A stretch of 64,000 nt of DNA from Anaerolineae bacterium (GTDB lineage Bacteria > Chloroflexota > Anaerolineae > B4-G1 > DUEL01). Where the stretch lies: positions 1,235 through 65,234 of the forward strand of contig JBDOIF010000152.1 of NCBI GenBank assembly GCA_041082215.1, in the 5' to 3' direction. Made by a program: the position numbers and the translations under genes. The notes under the pieces were generated by a model, which was given only the letters and a program-made list of their open reading frames with translations, was not told where the DNA came from and ran no database searches. This document shows positions 45,514 through 53,865 of the stretch, one piece after another; the first letter of the stretch is position 1; each line of letters starts with the position of its first letter.

Positions 45514-47193
45514 TCACGCATCCAGACTCTTGAGAAAATCATTCGCTGCTTTTGCCAGTAATCGCGCTCTTTCCTTGAGAAACTGCTCGTAGTGCTCAAT
45601 GCTCCATTGCCCTTCTAACTGGGCCTTATTTCCAACAGCTTGCGCAAATGAATCGGGGATCAAGTGCTCAAGAAGTAACTGTTCGGAAATGTTGAATTGG
45701 GCCAGGTATTTTGCAGGTGGTTTTCCAGACAACCGGTTCACGTTTGTGCTTTCGTTCAGTACCGTGATGTTTGCCAGAGCATGAATCCGGTCATCAGGGA
45801 CACCGGCACTTCTCAGCACGCTGCGAGGATAAACGTGGTGCCACTGGGGTTCAAACCCACTCACGATTAAAGCACCTGTCCTATCATAGCCAATACGGGT
45901 TTGGTCTACCCAATCCCGCGCTTCTCGGTGAAACACCACCAGATAAAGCATCAGACGCAAGAAACGGCTACCAGCGCAGTCATACCGGCTCAGAAACTCT
46001 TCGGGGGTAATTTCGGAAGGCGCGTGTAAGCGCCCGTATAGGTTCTTTAAAGCCTGATCAAAGTCCTGCGCTTCAGTAATTGCGCGCACGTCCTCGTTCA
46101 AACTGGTAATCGCTGAACCGCTGTAACGGCCATCCCAGTTTGCCAGAAGAAACCAGCGAACAGCCTTGCTAAATCGGTAATTTTTCGTATCTTTCCAGCG
46201 GTGATGTAGCACGAAGAGAGGGATCAGACTGTTAACCGAGGGGAGCAACTTTACTGACATAATCCCGACCTCGGCCAGCCGTTTTCGAACTTCCACGATT
46301 ACTTCTCTGGTTTGTTGCCAAACAACGCTCAGGTTTTGAGGATTCCAAAAGTCTTTAGGGACTTCCTTCAGTCGGGCTCGCCCTTTACCAATGCCAGTCA
46401 TTGTGCGGACGAAGATGCCGGCATCCAGTCCCCATCCTATATCCTCCAACTCGCCGCAAAAGGGAAGATATTCCTCTCGCACCCAGCCTGGATTCCGTAC
46501 AGCGGCCAGCGCCAGAACAACATCGGCTTCCTTCACTCGCGTCCCTTCTTGATTCAACCGAGCGAAAATCTCGGCCACGTCTTCCACTTCATGGTTGATC
46601 CGAATTATGGGAATATCTCGCTCACGGATTTGCCACAAGCGCTGTAAGCGAGCATGGACTTTTGCAAACAGGTCCATCATCTGGGCAGGCTCAGGCTGAA
46701 TGGATGCCACAATCTCTTGAGCCAGTAGAGTTAGTGTCTCAACGTTCTCTGTGCTCAGTACACGGCGCAGGCTAATCCAGTGTGGATCGCGGCGACGGAT
46801 AGGGTTCGGCAGAGCAAACTCCAGATGGTCTTCGTCAGGGAGAAGATTTACCATCACATCATACCGCTCCAGGGCCCTGTTCCATTCCTGTGCGCTATCC
46901 CACCAGTATGGCTTTTGCCCTAAAAGCAGGCAAAGAGCAACCGTCCGTTGTTGCCCATCTACAATCCAAAGCGAAGCCTGCGTACCCTGGGCCGTTTTGG
47001 ACTCCTGGTACGAATACGAAGAGGAGTCCCAGAGCAAAAACGAACCGATCGGATAATCGCGATAGAGTGACTCCGCCAGTTTCTTGACCTGCTCCGGATC
47101 CCAAACGAATTCTCGCTGAAATTCAGGAATATCCACGCTCTTGTTGACCGCCTGTTTGACAATCTCCCGAACTTTCTGTTGCTCAAGTGCCAT
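45514..47193 (-). CDS. GmrSD-family type IV restriction endonuclease (DUF262 ParB-like + DUF1524 HNH-like)
   Basis: DUF262 N-terminus (IPEFQREFVW...DGQQR) and DUF1524 C-terminus (His/Asn motifs); markedly AT-richer than its surroundings. Confidence 0.75.
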   Translation of the reverse strand: MALEQQKVREIVKQAVNKSVDIPEFQREFVWDPEQVKKLAESLYRDYPIGSFLLWDSSSYSYQESKTAQGTQASLWIVDGQQRTVALCLLLGQKPYWWDSAQEWNRALERYDVMVNLLPDEDHLEFALPNPIRRRDPHWISLRRVLSTENVETLTLLAQEIVASIQPEPAQMMDLFAKVHARLQRLWQIRERDIPIIRINHEVEDVAEIFARLNQEGTRVKEADVVLALAAVRNPGWVREEYLPFCGELEDIGWGLDAGIFVRTMTGIGKGRARLKEVPKDFWNPQNLSVVWQQTREVIVEVRKRLAEVGIMSVKLLPSVNSLIPLFVLHHRWKDTKNYRFSKAVRWFLLANWDGRYSGSAITSLNEDVRAITEAQDFDQALKNLYGRLHAPSEITPEEFLSRYDCAGSRFLRLMLYLVVFHREARDWVDQTRIGYDRTGALIVSGFEPQWHHVYPRSVLRSAGVPDDRIHALANITVLNESTNVNRLSGKPPAKYLAQFNISEQLLLEHLIPDSFAQAVGNKAQLEGQWSIEHYEQFLKERARLLAKAANDFLKSLDA

Positions 47194-47233
47194 AGATGTT
47201 TCTCCTTCCGTAAGTTGGCATCCAGCAGAAGCC

Positions 47234-47428
47234 TCATTCCTGCTCCGTTCGCCACGCCAGAATCTGGTGCTGAAGTTCCACAGAGGTATAGCGAGAACCC
47301 AGGTCCCTTAAGGCACCGGCCCATTCAAACCCTGGATGAGCCCGGACCTTCTTTTCACGCTTTGCCAGCAGAAACTCAATAAAATCCCGCACTTCCTGCC
47401 GGATGTCCGCAGGAAGCATCCGATGCAT
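47234..47428 (-). CDS. DUF2281-like small protein (antitoxin-like)
   Basis: 64 aa with QEVRDFIEFLLAKREKK, the DUF2281 pattern. Confidence 0.45.
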   Translation of the reverse strand: MHRMLPADIRQEVRDFIEFLLAKREKKVRAHPGFEWAGALRDLGSRYTSVELQHQILAWRTEQE

Positions 47429-47447
47429 TATCTCACCTCCGCTATCT

Positions 47448-47520
47448 GCCCCTCCGCCAGCGTCAGCGACAGCGGCGGGGCGGCGAAGAGGTCGGCGCCG
47501 GGTGCGTAGCCCAACAAATC
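47448..47520. repeat. 73-bp direct repeat, copy A (about 88% identical to 48104..48176)
   Basis: cccctccgccagcgtcagcgacagcggcggggcggcg...cccaacaa; the first 38 nt are identical to copy B. Confidence 0.8.
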
Positions 47521-47523
47521 GGC

Positions 47524-47772
47524 CTATGCTGGAGAGAGAGCGACTTCCAGGGTTCTCATCCGGCGGTCAACCTCCTCCAGCATATCCTGAATCGCTCTGA
47601 TCGCCTCCTCGTCAAAAAGCACTTCTCCGCACTGGTCACATACCCAGGCCGGGACAGCATCCACAATGAGATGATACCCCTTGCGCGTGACCGTATAACT
47701 GACCGGTTTTCGGACCAGCGTCCCTTTACAATAGAAGCATTCCATGACAATCACCTCTTTCGGGTGCGCCAA
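47524..47772 (-). CDS. YgiT-type (MqsA-like) zinc-finger antitoxin
   Basis: MECFYCKG...VCDQCGEVLFDEEA is the YgiT-type zinc-finger motif. Confidence 0.7.
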   Translation of the reverse strand: MAHPKEVIVMECFYCKGTLVRKPVSYTVTRKGYHLIVDAVPAWVCDQCGEVLFDEEAIRAIQDMLEEVDRRMRTLEVALSPA

Positions 47773-48083
47773 TCAGGTTCCCAGTAGTCCTCGCTGGGCA
47801 GGTAAGCAGTGATGATTGCCAGATAATCCTTCTTCGGCGCACAGACTACGTGCACCGGACGACCCATATGCCCCCAACCCAGCATCAGGCAACTATGCCC
47901 CCGGGCATCCTCCGGATAGTCTTCTATCACTTCGCCGTAGAGAACCACCGCGCGAACTTCATCCGGAGAAATCATCCGGTCAGGAGCATTCATCTGATGT
48001 AAGGCGTGCGGCAGGTAAAGAATCCGCTTCGCAGCAGCTTCTCTAACCTTCTCCAGAATGCTCCTATGGCTCTCGGGTCTCAT
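47751..48083 (-). CDS. DUF4258-family toxin-like protein
   Basis: MRPESHRSILEKVREAAAKRILYLPHALHQMNAPDRMISPDEV...; its ATG (48083..48081) overlaps the TGA of the upstream fdhB-like gene by 1 nt. Confidence 0.6.
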   Translation of the reverse strand: MRPESHRSILEKVREAAAKRILYLPHALHQMNAPDRMISPDEVRAVVLYGEVIEDYPEDARGHSCLMLGWGHMGRPVHVVCAPKKDYLAIITAYLPSEDYWEPDWRTRKR

Positions 48084-48913
48084 CACTCCATACCTACCAT
48101 CGGCCCCTCCGCCAGCGTCAGCGACAGCGGCGGGGCGGCGGCGAGGTCCGCTCCTGGCTCGTACCCCAACAACTCCCCCACATCGCGCCGGATCAGGTCG
48201 TAGAGGACGGTCAGCGGGATGTGGGCCGGGCAGGTCAGTTCGCACTGGCGGCAGCCGACGCAGCGGGCCGCCATGTGCATGGCCCGGATAAGGTGGAAGG
48301 ACGGGAAGGGCGGGGCCAGCACCCCCGGCTCCACCCAGAGCGGGTCCTCCAGCGCGCAGGCCTCGCAGAAGCACTCCGGGCAGATGTTGCGGCAGCCGTA
48401 GCACTTGATGCATTTGGCGAACTGCTCCCGCCAGAAGGCCCAGCGCTCCGCCCAATCCATACTCTCGTACCGGGCGATGATGGGGTTGGGCGAGCCAGCG
48501 AGAGCTGGCGTCCCCAGCGCCACGGCTTGAGGCCAGCCCTCCGTCTTCGGGAAGGGGGCATCGCAGTGGCACGCCTCCGCCTCCTCCGCGGTGCAGGCCA
48601 CCCCCAGGATGTACAGGCGCTCGGGGTCTATCTGATTCCGCTTGGCCATCTCCACCAGCGCGCGCAGATCGCAGGCACGGGCGACAATGCCGAAGCGGGC
48701 CTGCGGGTAGCGCTTCTGGAGCAGGGAGACGACGGACGCCAGAGGGTAGCGAGGGGAGAGAACCAGTTCGGAGAGGTCATCTCCCTGGCGGAAGAGATAC
48801 GGCGCGGTGCCCACAGCCGTCCGCCGCAGGCCGACAACGCCGTCCAGTTCAGGAAGTTTCTCCGCCACGTGGGCGCGCAGGGTGTCCAAAAGGTCGTTAT
48901 CGGTCATCGGCAA
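48083..48913 (-). CDS. FrhB/FdhB-family iron-sulfur protein (putative formate dehydrogenase beta / electron-transfer subunit)
   Basis: An FrhB_FdhB-like core (FGIVARACDLRALVEMAKRNQIDPERLYILGVAC) and two C-terminal Cys clusters (CIKCYGCRNICPECFCEAC; CVGCRQCELTCP). Its last ~25 codons are encoded by repeat copy B. Confidence 0.5.
   Translation of the reverse strand: MPMTDNDLLDTLRAHVAEKLPELDGVVGLRRTAVGTAPYLFRQGDDLSELVLSPRYPLASVVSLLQKRYPQARFGIVARACDLRALVEMAKRNQIDPERLYILGVACTAEEAEACHCDAPFPKTEGWPQAVALGTPALAGSPNPIIARYESMDWAERWAFWREQFAKCIKCYGCRNICPECFCEACALEDPLWVEPGVLAPPFPSFHLIRAMHMAARCVGCRQCELTCPAHIPLTVLYDLIRRDVGELLGYEPGADLAAAPPLSLTLAEGPMVGME
48104..48176. repeat. 73-bp direct repeat, copy B, forming the 3' end of the fdhB-like gene
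   Basis: See copy A; together they bracket the YgiT/DUF4258 cassette. Confidence 0.8.
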
Positions 48914-48929
48914 ATACTCCCCATAGAGA

Positions 48930-49316
48930 TTATCGGAGTCCCAGCAATCGGCGGGCGAACCGCCGTACCTTTCCGGCTATTTGCACGGCTATCCTTGCTT
49001 CTTCCGGAAGGGGTTCTTCGCCGGGATAGCGTACTTCTACAGCATAAGCAGAGAGCCGATCCAGGTCATCCGGATGAATGGGTACGATGATCCCTGCCTG
49101 TTCACACAAAGTACCCAGCGCTGCCAGGTCGTGTGTCTTCGGGAAATCCTGCCCATGGAAAACCAGCAGGGCTTTCAGATATTTCTCAGCGCATTGTTGT
49201 GCATGAAAGCAGGCGCCATACAATAATGGCCTTTTGCGACGTATAGCAGATTGGGCCAGCCAGTAGTCCTCCTCGGCCCGGGTTGCCCACGAGGCAGGGT
49301 CAAGAATGGCGCTCAT
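48930..49316 (-). CDS. HEPN-domain protein
   Basis: HEPN helices with the ...EVRYPGEE motif; paired with the upstream nucleotidyltransferase. Confidence 0.65.
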   Translation of the reverse strand: MSAILDPASWATRAEEDYWLAQSAIRRKRPLLYGACFHAQQCAEKYLKALLVFHGQDFPKTHDLAALGTLCEQAGIIVPIHPDDLDRLSAYAVEVRYPGEEPLPEEARIAVQIAGKVRRFARRLLGLR

Positions 49317-49677
49317 ACAGGGTCAAGCCCTTTTCCAGAATTTCTCTAATGAAGAAATCGCCTTCCGCCAGAGCCTGCTGGATTTCCGCGGGCGTTCTGA
49401 CCAGAATATCCACCGGAAAGGGGCGGGGGCGCAGCAGGCGGGAGACCTTCAGGTACCGCTCGACGGGGGGGGCCACGCTCTCCATCACCACCAGCAGGTC
49501 CACATCGCTATCAGTTGTGGCTCCACCCCGAGCATAGGAACCAAAGAGGACGATTTTCTCTGGCTGCAGCGCATCGGCCAGCCGCCGGATCAGCGCGTGA
49601 AAGGCTCGGGCGTCCACTTCTGGAAACCCCCGGGCCCGAATCGGGGTGGGAAGATCTACAGCCGCTCGTTCAGCCAT
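49300..49677 (-). CDS. Nucleotidyltransferase (MNT) antitoxin
   Basis: LFGSYARGGATTDSDVDLLVV; start uncertain (set at MAERAAV). Confidence 0.65.
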   Translation of the reverse strand: MAERAAVDLPTPIRARGFPEVDARAFHALIRRLADALQPEKIVLFGSYARGGATTDSDVDLLVVMESVAPPVERYLKVSRLLRPRPFPVDILVRTPAEIQQALAEGDFFIREILEKGLTLYERHS

Positions 49678-50063
49678 TCCGAGTGCTCCCCCAGCCAGCG
49701 CCGGTAAGCCGAAGCGACCGCCTCCAGGTCGGTCAGGCGCTGGCTGCAAATCTCGTACAATTCCTCGGGACTCACCTCGTGGTAAAAGTGAACCAGCCGG
49801 TTTCTGTAGCCAGCCAGTATGCGCAACAGAGCCGCTTCTTCGGGAGAAAGAACAGCCTGCTCTTCCAGCCGAATAGCGATCTCCCAGTATTCGCTTACAC
49901 CGGTCCCGAAGCCCTTCGCCAGAATATACCGGCCCAGGTCCAGCAGGGCCTCCAGCGCCCGGTGCAGGCAGGATTCCGCTGTCCAGAGATTGCGCCGATC
50001 GGCGAAAAAAGCATCCCGGTCGGTCAGGGGCAGAGAGCGGATTTCCCCGATCATCCGCTCCAC
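49656..50063 (-). CDS. hepT: HepT-like (DUF86) HEPN toxin
   Basis: RNLWTAESCLHRALEALLDLGRYILAK...YRNRLVHFY; R-x4-HxY motif. Confidence 0.75.
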   Translation of the reverse strand: MERMIGEIRSLPLTDRDAFFADRRNLWTAESCLHRALEALLDLGRYILAKGFGTGVSEYWEIAIRLEEQAVLSPEEAALLRILAGYRNRLVHFYHEVSPEELYEICSQRLTDLEAVASAYRRWLGEHSEWLNERL

Positions 50064-50109
50064 CCAGGCCAGACGATCCGCACTACACGCCGGGAAAGGG
50101 TGCCAGGAG

Positions 50110-50538
50110 TCATACCGGTTTTCCCAGGATCAACGCGATGCGCTCCCGCTCCAGCGGGGCGAGATCCCCCGCACGGCGCAGGACGTAGAGGTCGTACTCG
50201 TCGGCGTCGTCCTCGTCGCGGGCGTGGAGGCGCTCACCCCGGATAATCTCCGCTGCCAGGAAGGGGTCCGCGTCGTCCAGCGAGACCAGGTCCACCCTAT
50301 GGACGCCGAAGAGGTCCTCCAGGGCAATCGCCAGCCGGACCTTGTCGTGGACGGAGAGCCGGAGTCCCCGCGCGGGCTTCACCCCGATGTCCAGGTCGGA
50401 CGGGCCCGGGGTCAGAGCCGGGAGTCCCCCCTCCAGCCACGCCCGGGCCTCCCCGGCCCGGCTGCCGAAGGCATAGAGGATGTCCACGCCGAAGGATTCG
50501 CAGAGTTGCCGGAGCCGCACGCTCCGGTCCTCGTTCAT
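50110..50538 (-). CDS. mntA: MntA-like nucleotidyltransferase antitoxin
   Basis: ILYAFGSRAG...SDLDIGV. Confidence 0.75.
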   Translation of the reverse strand: MNEDRSVRLRQLCESFGVDILYAFGSRAGEARAWLEGGLPALTPGPSDLDIGVKPARGLRLSVHDKVRLAIALEDLFGVHRVDLVSLDDADPFLAAEIIRGERLHARDEDDADEYDLYVLRRAGDLAPLERERIALILGKPV

Positions 50539-50552
50539 TTCTCCATCTCCTC

Positions 50553-50762
50553 CTACTTCCGGTGACGGGTGGCCTCAAGTTCCTCTGGACTCCAGCTCGC
50601 CTCCGGCGGTCGCCTACCCACCACTGTTTCCCGTACCGGCACAATCATCACCACCGGCAGACCGTCCCGCTCCACGATGAAGGTCTCGCCGTCCCGATAC
50701 ACCCGCCGGATCACCTCCCCAAACCGGTTCTTCGCCTCCGTCGCCGAAATGACCGTGGGCAT
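50553..50762 (-). CDS. Phd/YefM-family antitoxin (apparent orphan)
   Basis: MPTVISATEAKNRFGEVIRRVYRDGETFIVERDGLPVVMIVPV. Confidence 0.7.
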   Translation of the reverse strand: MPTVISATEAKNRFGEVIRRVYRDGETFIVERDGLPVVMIVPVRETVVGRRPPEASWSPEELEATRHRK

Positions 50763-50855
50763 CGCTTCGCCTCCTTCCAGATTGGCTAACACAATCCAAT
50801 TATAGCCGACGTTGCCCAATCTGGTAAGCGCGCGTAGCGCGAGATTTATCTTGCG

Positions 50856-51275
50856 CTACAGGCCCAGTTCCTGCTCGATCGGCCCCAGGGCGCGGATGGT
50901 CTCCACGAACTCGGCGGTCACCTGGGCAAACTTGGGGGCCTCCGCCGAGGAGACCCAGTCCAGTCGCAGCCGCTGGGGGTTGATGCCCACGTAGGAAAGC
51001 AGGTTACGCAGCAGGGGCATCCGTTTGGCGGTGCGGTGATTACCGTTGATGTAATGGCAGTCGCCGATGTGGCAGCCCAGCACCAGCACCCCGTCGGCGC
51101 CAGCGCGAAAGGCCCGCAGCACCATTTCCGGCGACACCCGCCCGGAGCACATCACCCGGATGGGCAGGACGTTGGGCGGCGACTTCATCCGCGCGATGCC
51201 CGCGTTATCGGCTCCGGCGTAGGAGCACCAGTTGCACAGAAAAGCGACAATGCGAGGTTGAAAAACTTCGCTCAT
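50856..51275 (-). CDS. mvhD: MvhD/FlxD-type hydrogenase iron-sulfur subunit (HdrA-associated)
   Basis: IVAFLCNWCSYAGAD...VMCSGRVSPEMVLRAF..GADGVLVLGCHIGDCHY. Confidence 0.85.
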   Translation of the reverse strand: MSEVFQPRIVAFLCNWCSYAGADNAGIARMKSPPNVLPIRVMCSGRVSPEMVLRAFRAGADGVLVLGCHIGDCHYINGNHRTAKRMPLLRNLLSYVGINPQRLRLDWVSSAEAPKFAQVTAEFVETIRALGPIEQELGL

Positions 51276-51301
51276 AGCGTACTCCGTATTGCGTATTCCG
51301 T

Positions 51302-51802
51302 TTATGACATGGGCACTTCGCTCAGGAGTTCAGAAAGTTCGGCATCAGGGTCGGTGGTAGAGTAGAGATAGGGCGCGCTACTTTCACACAGTTGTACGAT
51401 ACCGGTGGTTTCCCGCTCCTCAGGAATAATAGAGAGGAGCAGGCGGACAATCTGGGTCAGCAGGTGGAGCCGATGAGCCAGGACAGCCTCTTTCAGGCCA
51501 TGGCGCCCCTCGTAGTACCAGGTTCGGGCCTCGCGGGCGGAGCCCAGGGCGTACTCGTAGAATCGGGCCCGCTCCTTCCCGGACCGGCGGCTGTACCCTT
51601 CGGCGATGTTGGCGGCGATAGAACCCAGGGCCCGATATAACTGGTCGGCCAGGCCGCGCATCCGGGCATCCTCAGCCAGCACCGAAACATCGTGCCAGCC
51701 CAGGTCGGCAGCGAAGAGGGCCAGCCGGTACACCCGCATCTGCCAGAGCGGATCCGCCGTAATCTCCGACGGCACGCTCTGCAACCACTCCTCGTGCGTC
51801 AT
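51302..51802 (-). CDS. Four-helix-bundle protein (TIGR02436 / 23S-rRNA-IVS-protein family)
   Basis: MTHEEWLQS...YRLALFAADL...LGSIAANIAEGYSRRSGKERARFYEYALGSAREARTWYYEG is characteristic of this family; the tracked N-terminal 24 aa are repeat-derived. Confidence 0.7.
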   Translation of the reverse strand: MTHEEWLQSVPSEITADPLWQMRVYRLALFAADLGWHDVSVLAEDARMRGLADQLYRALGSIAANIAEGYSRRSGKERARFYEYALGSAREARTWYYEGRHGLKEAVLAHRLHLLTQIVRLLLSIIPEERETTGIVQLCESSAPYLYSTTDPDAELSELLSEVPMS

Positions 51803-51825
51803 CGCCCACCTCCAACGGAACATGG

Positions 51826-51870
51826 AGTACGGAATACGTGCTGCGTACTGCGTATTCCGTATTCCGTGCT
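51826..51870. repeat. TACGGAA-family palindromic repeat hairpin between the 4HB gene and hdrA
   Basis: ggagtacggaatacgTGCTGCGTACTGcgtattccgtattccgtgctcc. Confidence 0.6.
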
Positions 51871-51877
51871 CCACGCG

Positions 51878-53833
51878 CTACACCCAGACGCCCGCTAAGA
51901 GGCCCTCTATCTGCGCCACAATCTGCTCGTCGGTAAAGTGAAGGCCGGTGATGGCATGGGATGGGCAGGTGGCGACGCAGGTGCCACATCCCTGACACAG
52001 CGCCGGGTTTACCTGCGCTTTCCCTTCCACGCGGGAGATCGCGGAGTAAGGGCAGGCCAGGATGCACTCACCGCACCCCACGCAGGCCTCCCGATCCACC
52101 ACGGCGACGGTGGGCGATATGGTGACCTCGCCCTGGTTGAACAACCGCACCACCTCCAGCGCCGCCGCCCCGGCATGGGCCACCGTGTCGGGGATGTCCC
52201 GTGGCCCCTGGGCACAGCCGGCCAGGAAGACCCCCGCCGTGGCCGTCTCCACCGGCCGCAGTTTGGGGTGCGCTTCGGCAAACCAGCCGTCGGGTGTGCG
52301 GCCCAGGCCGAACAACGGGGCGATGCGGTCCACATCGGGCTGCGGCTCGATGGCCGACTCCAGGATCACCAGGTCCACGTCCACAAACACCAGCCGTCCC
52401 AGGTTGGCATCCTCTCCCTTCACGCGGAGTTTGCCATCCGGCATGACTTCCACCTCGGCTCCCTTGCCCCGGACGAAGACGACTCCCTCCTCCTGCACCC
52501 GCTCGTAGAACTCCTCATAGGCCTTGCCGAAGGCCCGCATATCCATATAGAAATCGTACACCTCGGCTCCGGTCTTATCCCGCACCTGGTGGGCGTGCTT
52601 GAGGGCGTACATGCAACAGATGCGGGAGCAGTAAGGGTGAGCGTTCTCGTCGCGGCTGCCGACGCAATGGATGATGGCCACCCGCTGGGGCTTCTTCCCC
52701 TCGGCGGTGACGATCTCCCCCCCGGTGGGGCCGGTGGCGCTGGTGAGCCGCTCAAACTGTAGCCCGGTGATGATATTGGGCGAGAGGCCGTAGGAATACT
52801 GCGGAAGTTTCGCGGGGTCCCACATCGCAAACCCGGTCGCCACGATGATGGCGCCGACCTGAACTTCGAGCAGTTGATCCTCCTGGGTGTAATCAATCGC
52901 CCCGGTGGGGCAGAACTTCTCGCAGACCTTACACTTGCCCTGGGTAAAGAACCGGCAGTTCTCCCGGTCAATCACCGGGATGTTCGGGATGGCCTGGGCG
53001 AAGGGGCGGTAGATGGCCTTCCGCTTCCCCATCCCCGCCTCGAAGGCTGTATCCACCACTTTGGTGGGGCACTTCTCCTGGCAGAGGCCACAGCCGGTGC
53101 ACTTCTCCTCATCCACCGACCGCGCCCGTTTGCGGATGCGGGCGGTGAAATGGCCCACATAGCCGGAGACCTCTTCAACTTCACTGTAGGTCAGGAGGGT
53201 GATGTTGGGATGCCGACCGGCATCCATCATCTTGGGGCCCAGGATTCAGGTACTACAGTCCAGCGTGGGGAAAGTCTTATCCAACTGGGCCATATGGCCG
53301 CCGATGGATGGCTCCCGTTCCACCAGATAGACCGGGTAGCCCGCGTCAGCGATGGAGAGGGCGGCCTGGATGCCGGCGATGCCGCCGCCCACCACCAGCG
53401 CCGCTTTTGTCACCGGCTCCCGCCGGGGCTCCAGCGGGGCCTGGTATGCCACCCGGAAAACCGCCGACCGCACCAGCCGCTTCGCCTTCTCCGTGGCTGC
53501 CTCTTTATCATCGGTGATCCAGGAGACATGCTCGCGGATGTTGGCCATCTGGAAGAAATAGGGGTTGAGCCCGGCGGCCCCCAGGGCTCGCTGGAAGGTC
53601 GTCTCGTGCATCCGGGGGGTGCAGGACGCCACCACGACCCGGTTCAGGCCCAGGTTGCGGATGTCCTCCTGGATCATCAACTGGCCCGGCTCGGAGCACA
53701 TGTACTTGTACACCCGGGCGACGGCGACGCCAGGCAGTTTAGAAGCCATCTCTGCGACCGCCTCCACATCCACCGTGGCCGAGATATTGATGCCGCATTC
53801 ACAGATGTAGACGCCGATTCGGGGTTGCTCCAT
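51878..53833 (-). CDS. hdrA: Heterodisulfide reductase subunit A, selenocysteine-containing paralog 1; in-frame TGA at 53246..53248
   Basis: Tracked ORFs 53246..53971 and 51878..53230 are in one frame: ...GGGIAGIQAAL...KTFPTLDCST-[TGA]-ILGPKMMDAGRHPNITLLTYSEV..., which aligns with the HdrA consensus KTFPTLDCS-x-C-ILxPKMVEVxRHPNI with TGA at the Cys position. Also an FAD Rossmann motif, four or more ferredoxin Cys clusters, and an N-terminal YICECG. Start set at MEQPRIGVY. Confidence 0.85.
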
Positions 53834-53865
53834 AGCGAGCGCTCCTTCCATTTCGGTCTCAGACA

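Noticed and set aside
43204-45561. 785-aa plus-strand ORF
   Set aside because: Antisense to fdhA, whose minus-strand product aligns end to end with FdhF.
53246-53248. Interpreting the hdrA TGA codons (also 61100..61102) as pseudogenising nonsense mutations or a split gene
   Set aside because: The TGA falls exactly on the Cys of the conserved LDCSxC motif in two diverged paralogs, the frame is maintained on both sides, and a conserved hairpin follows; this is the pattern of Sec recoding, not decay.
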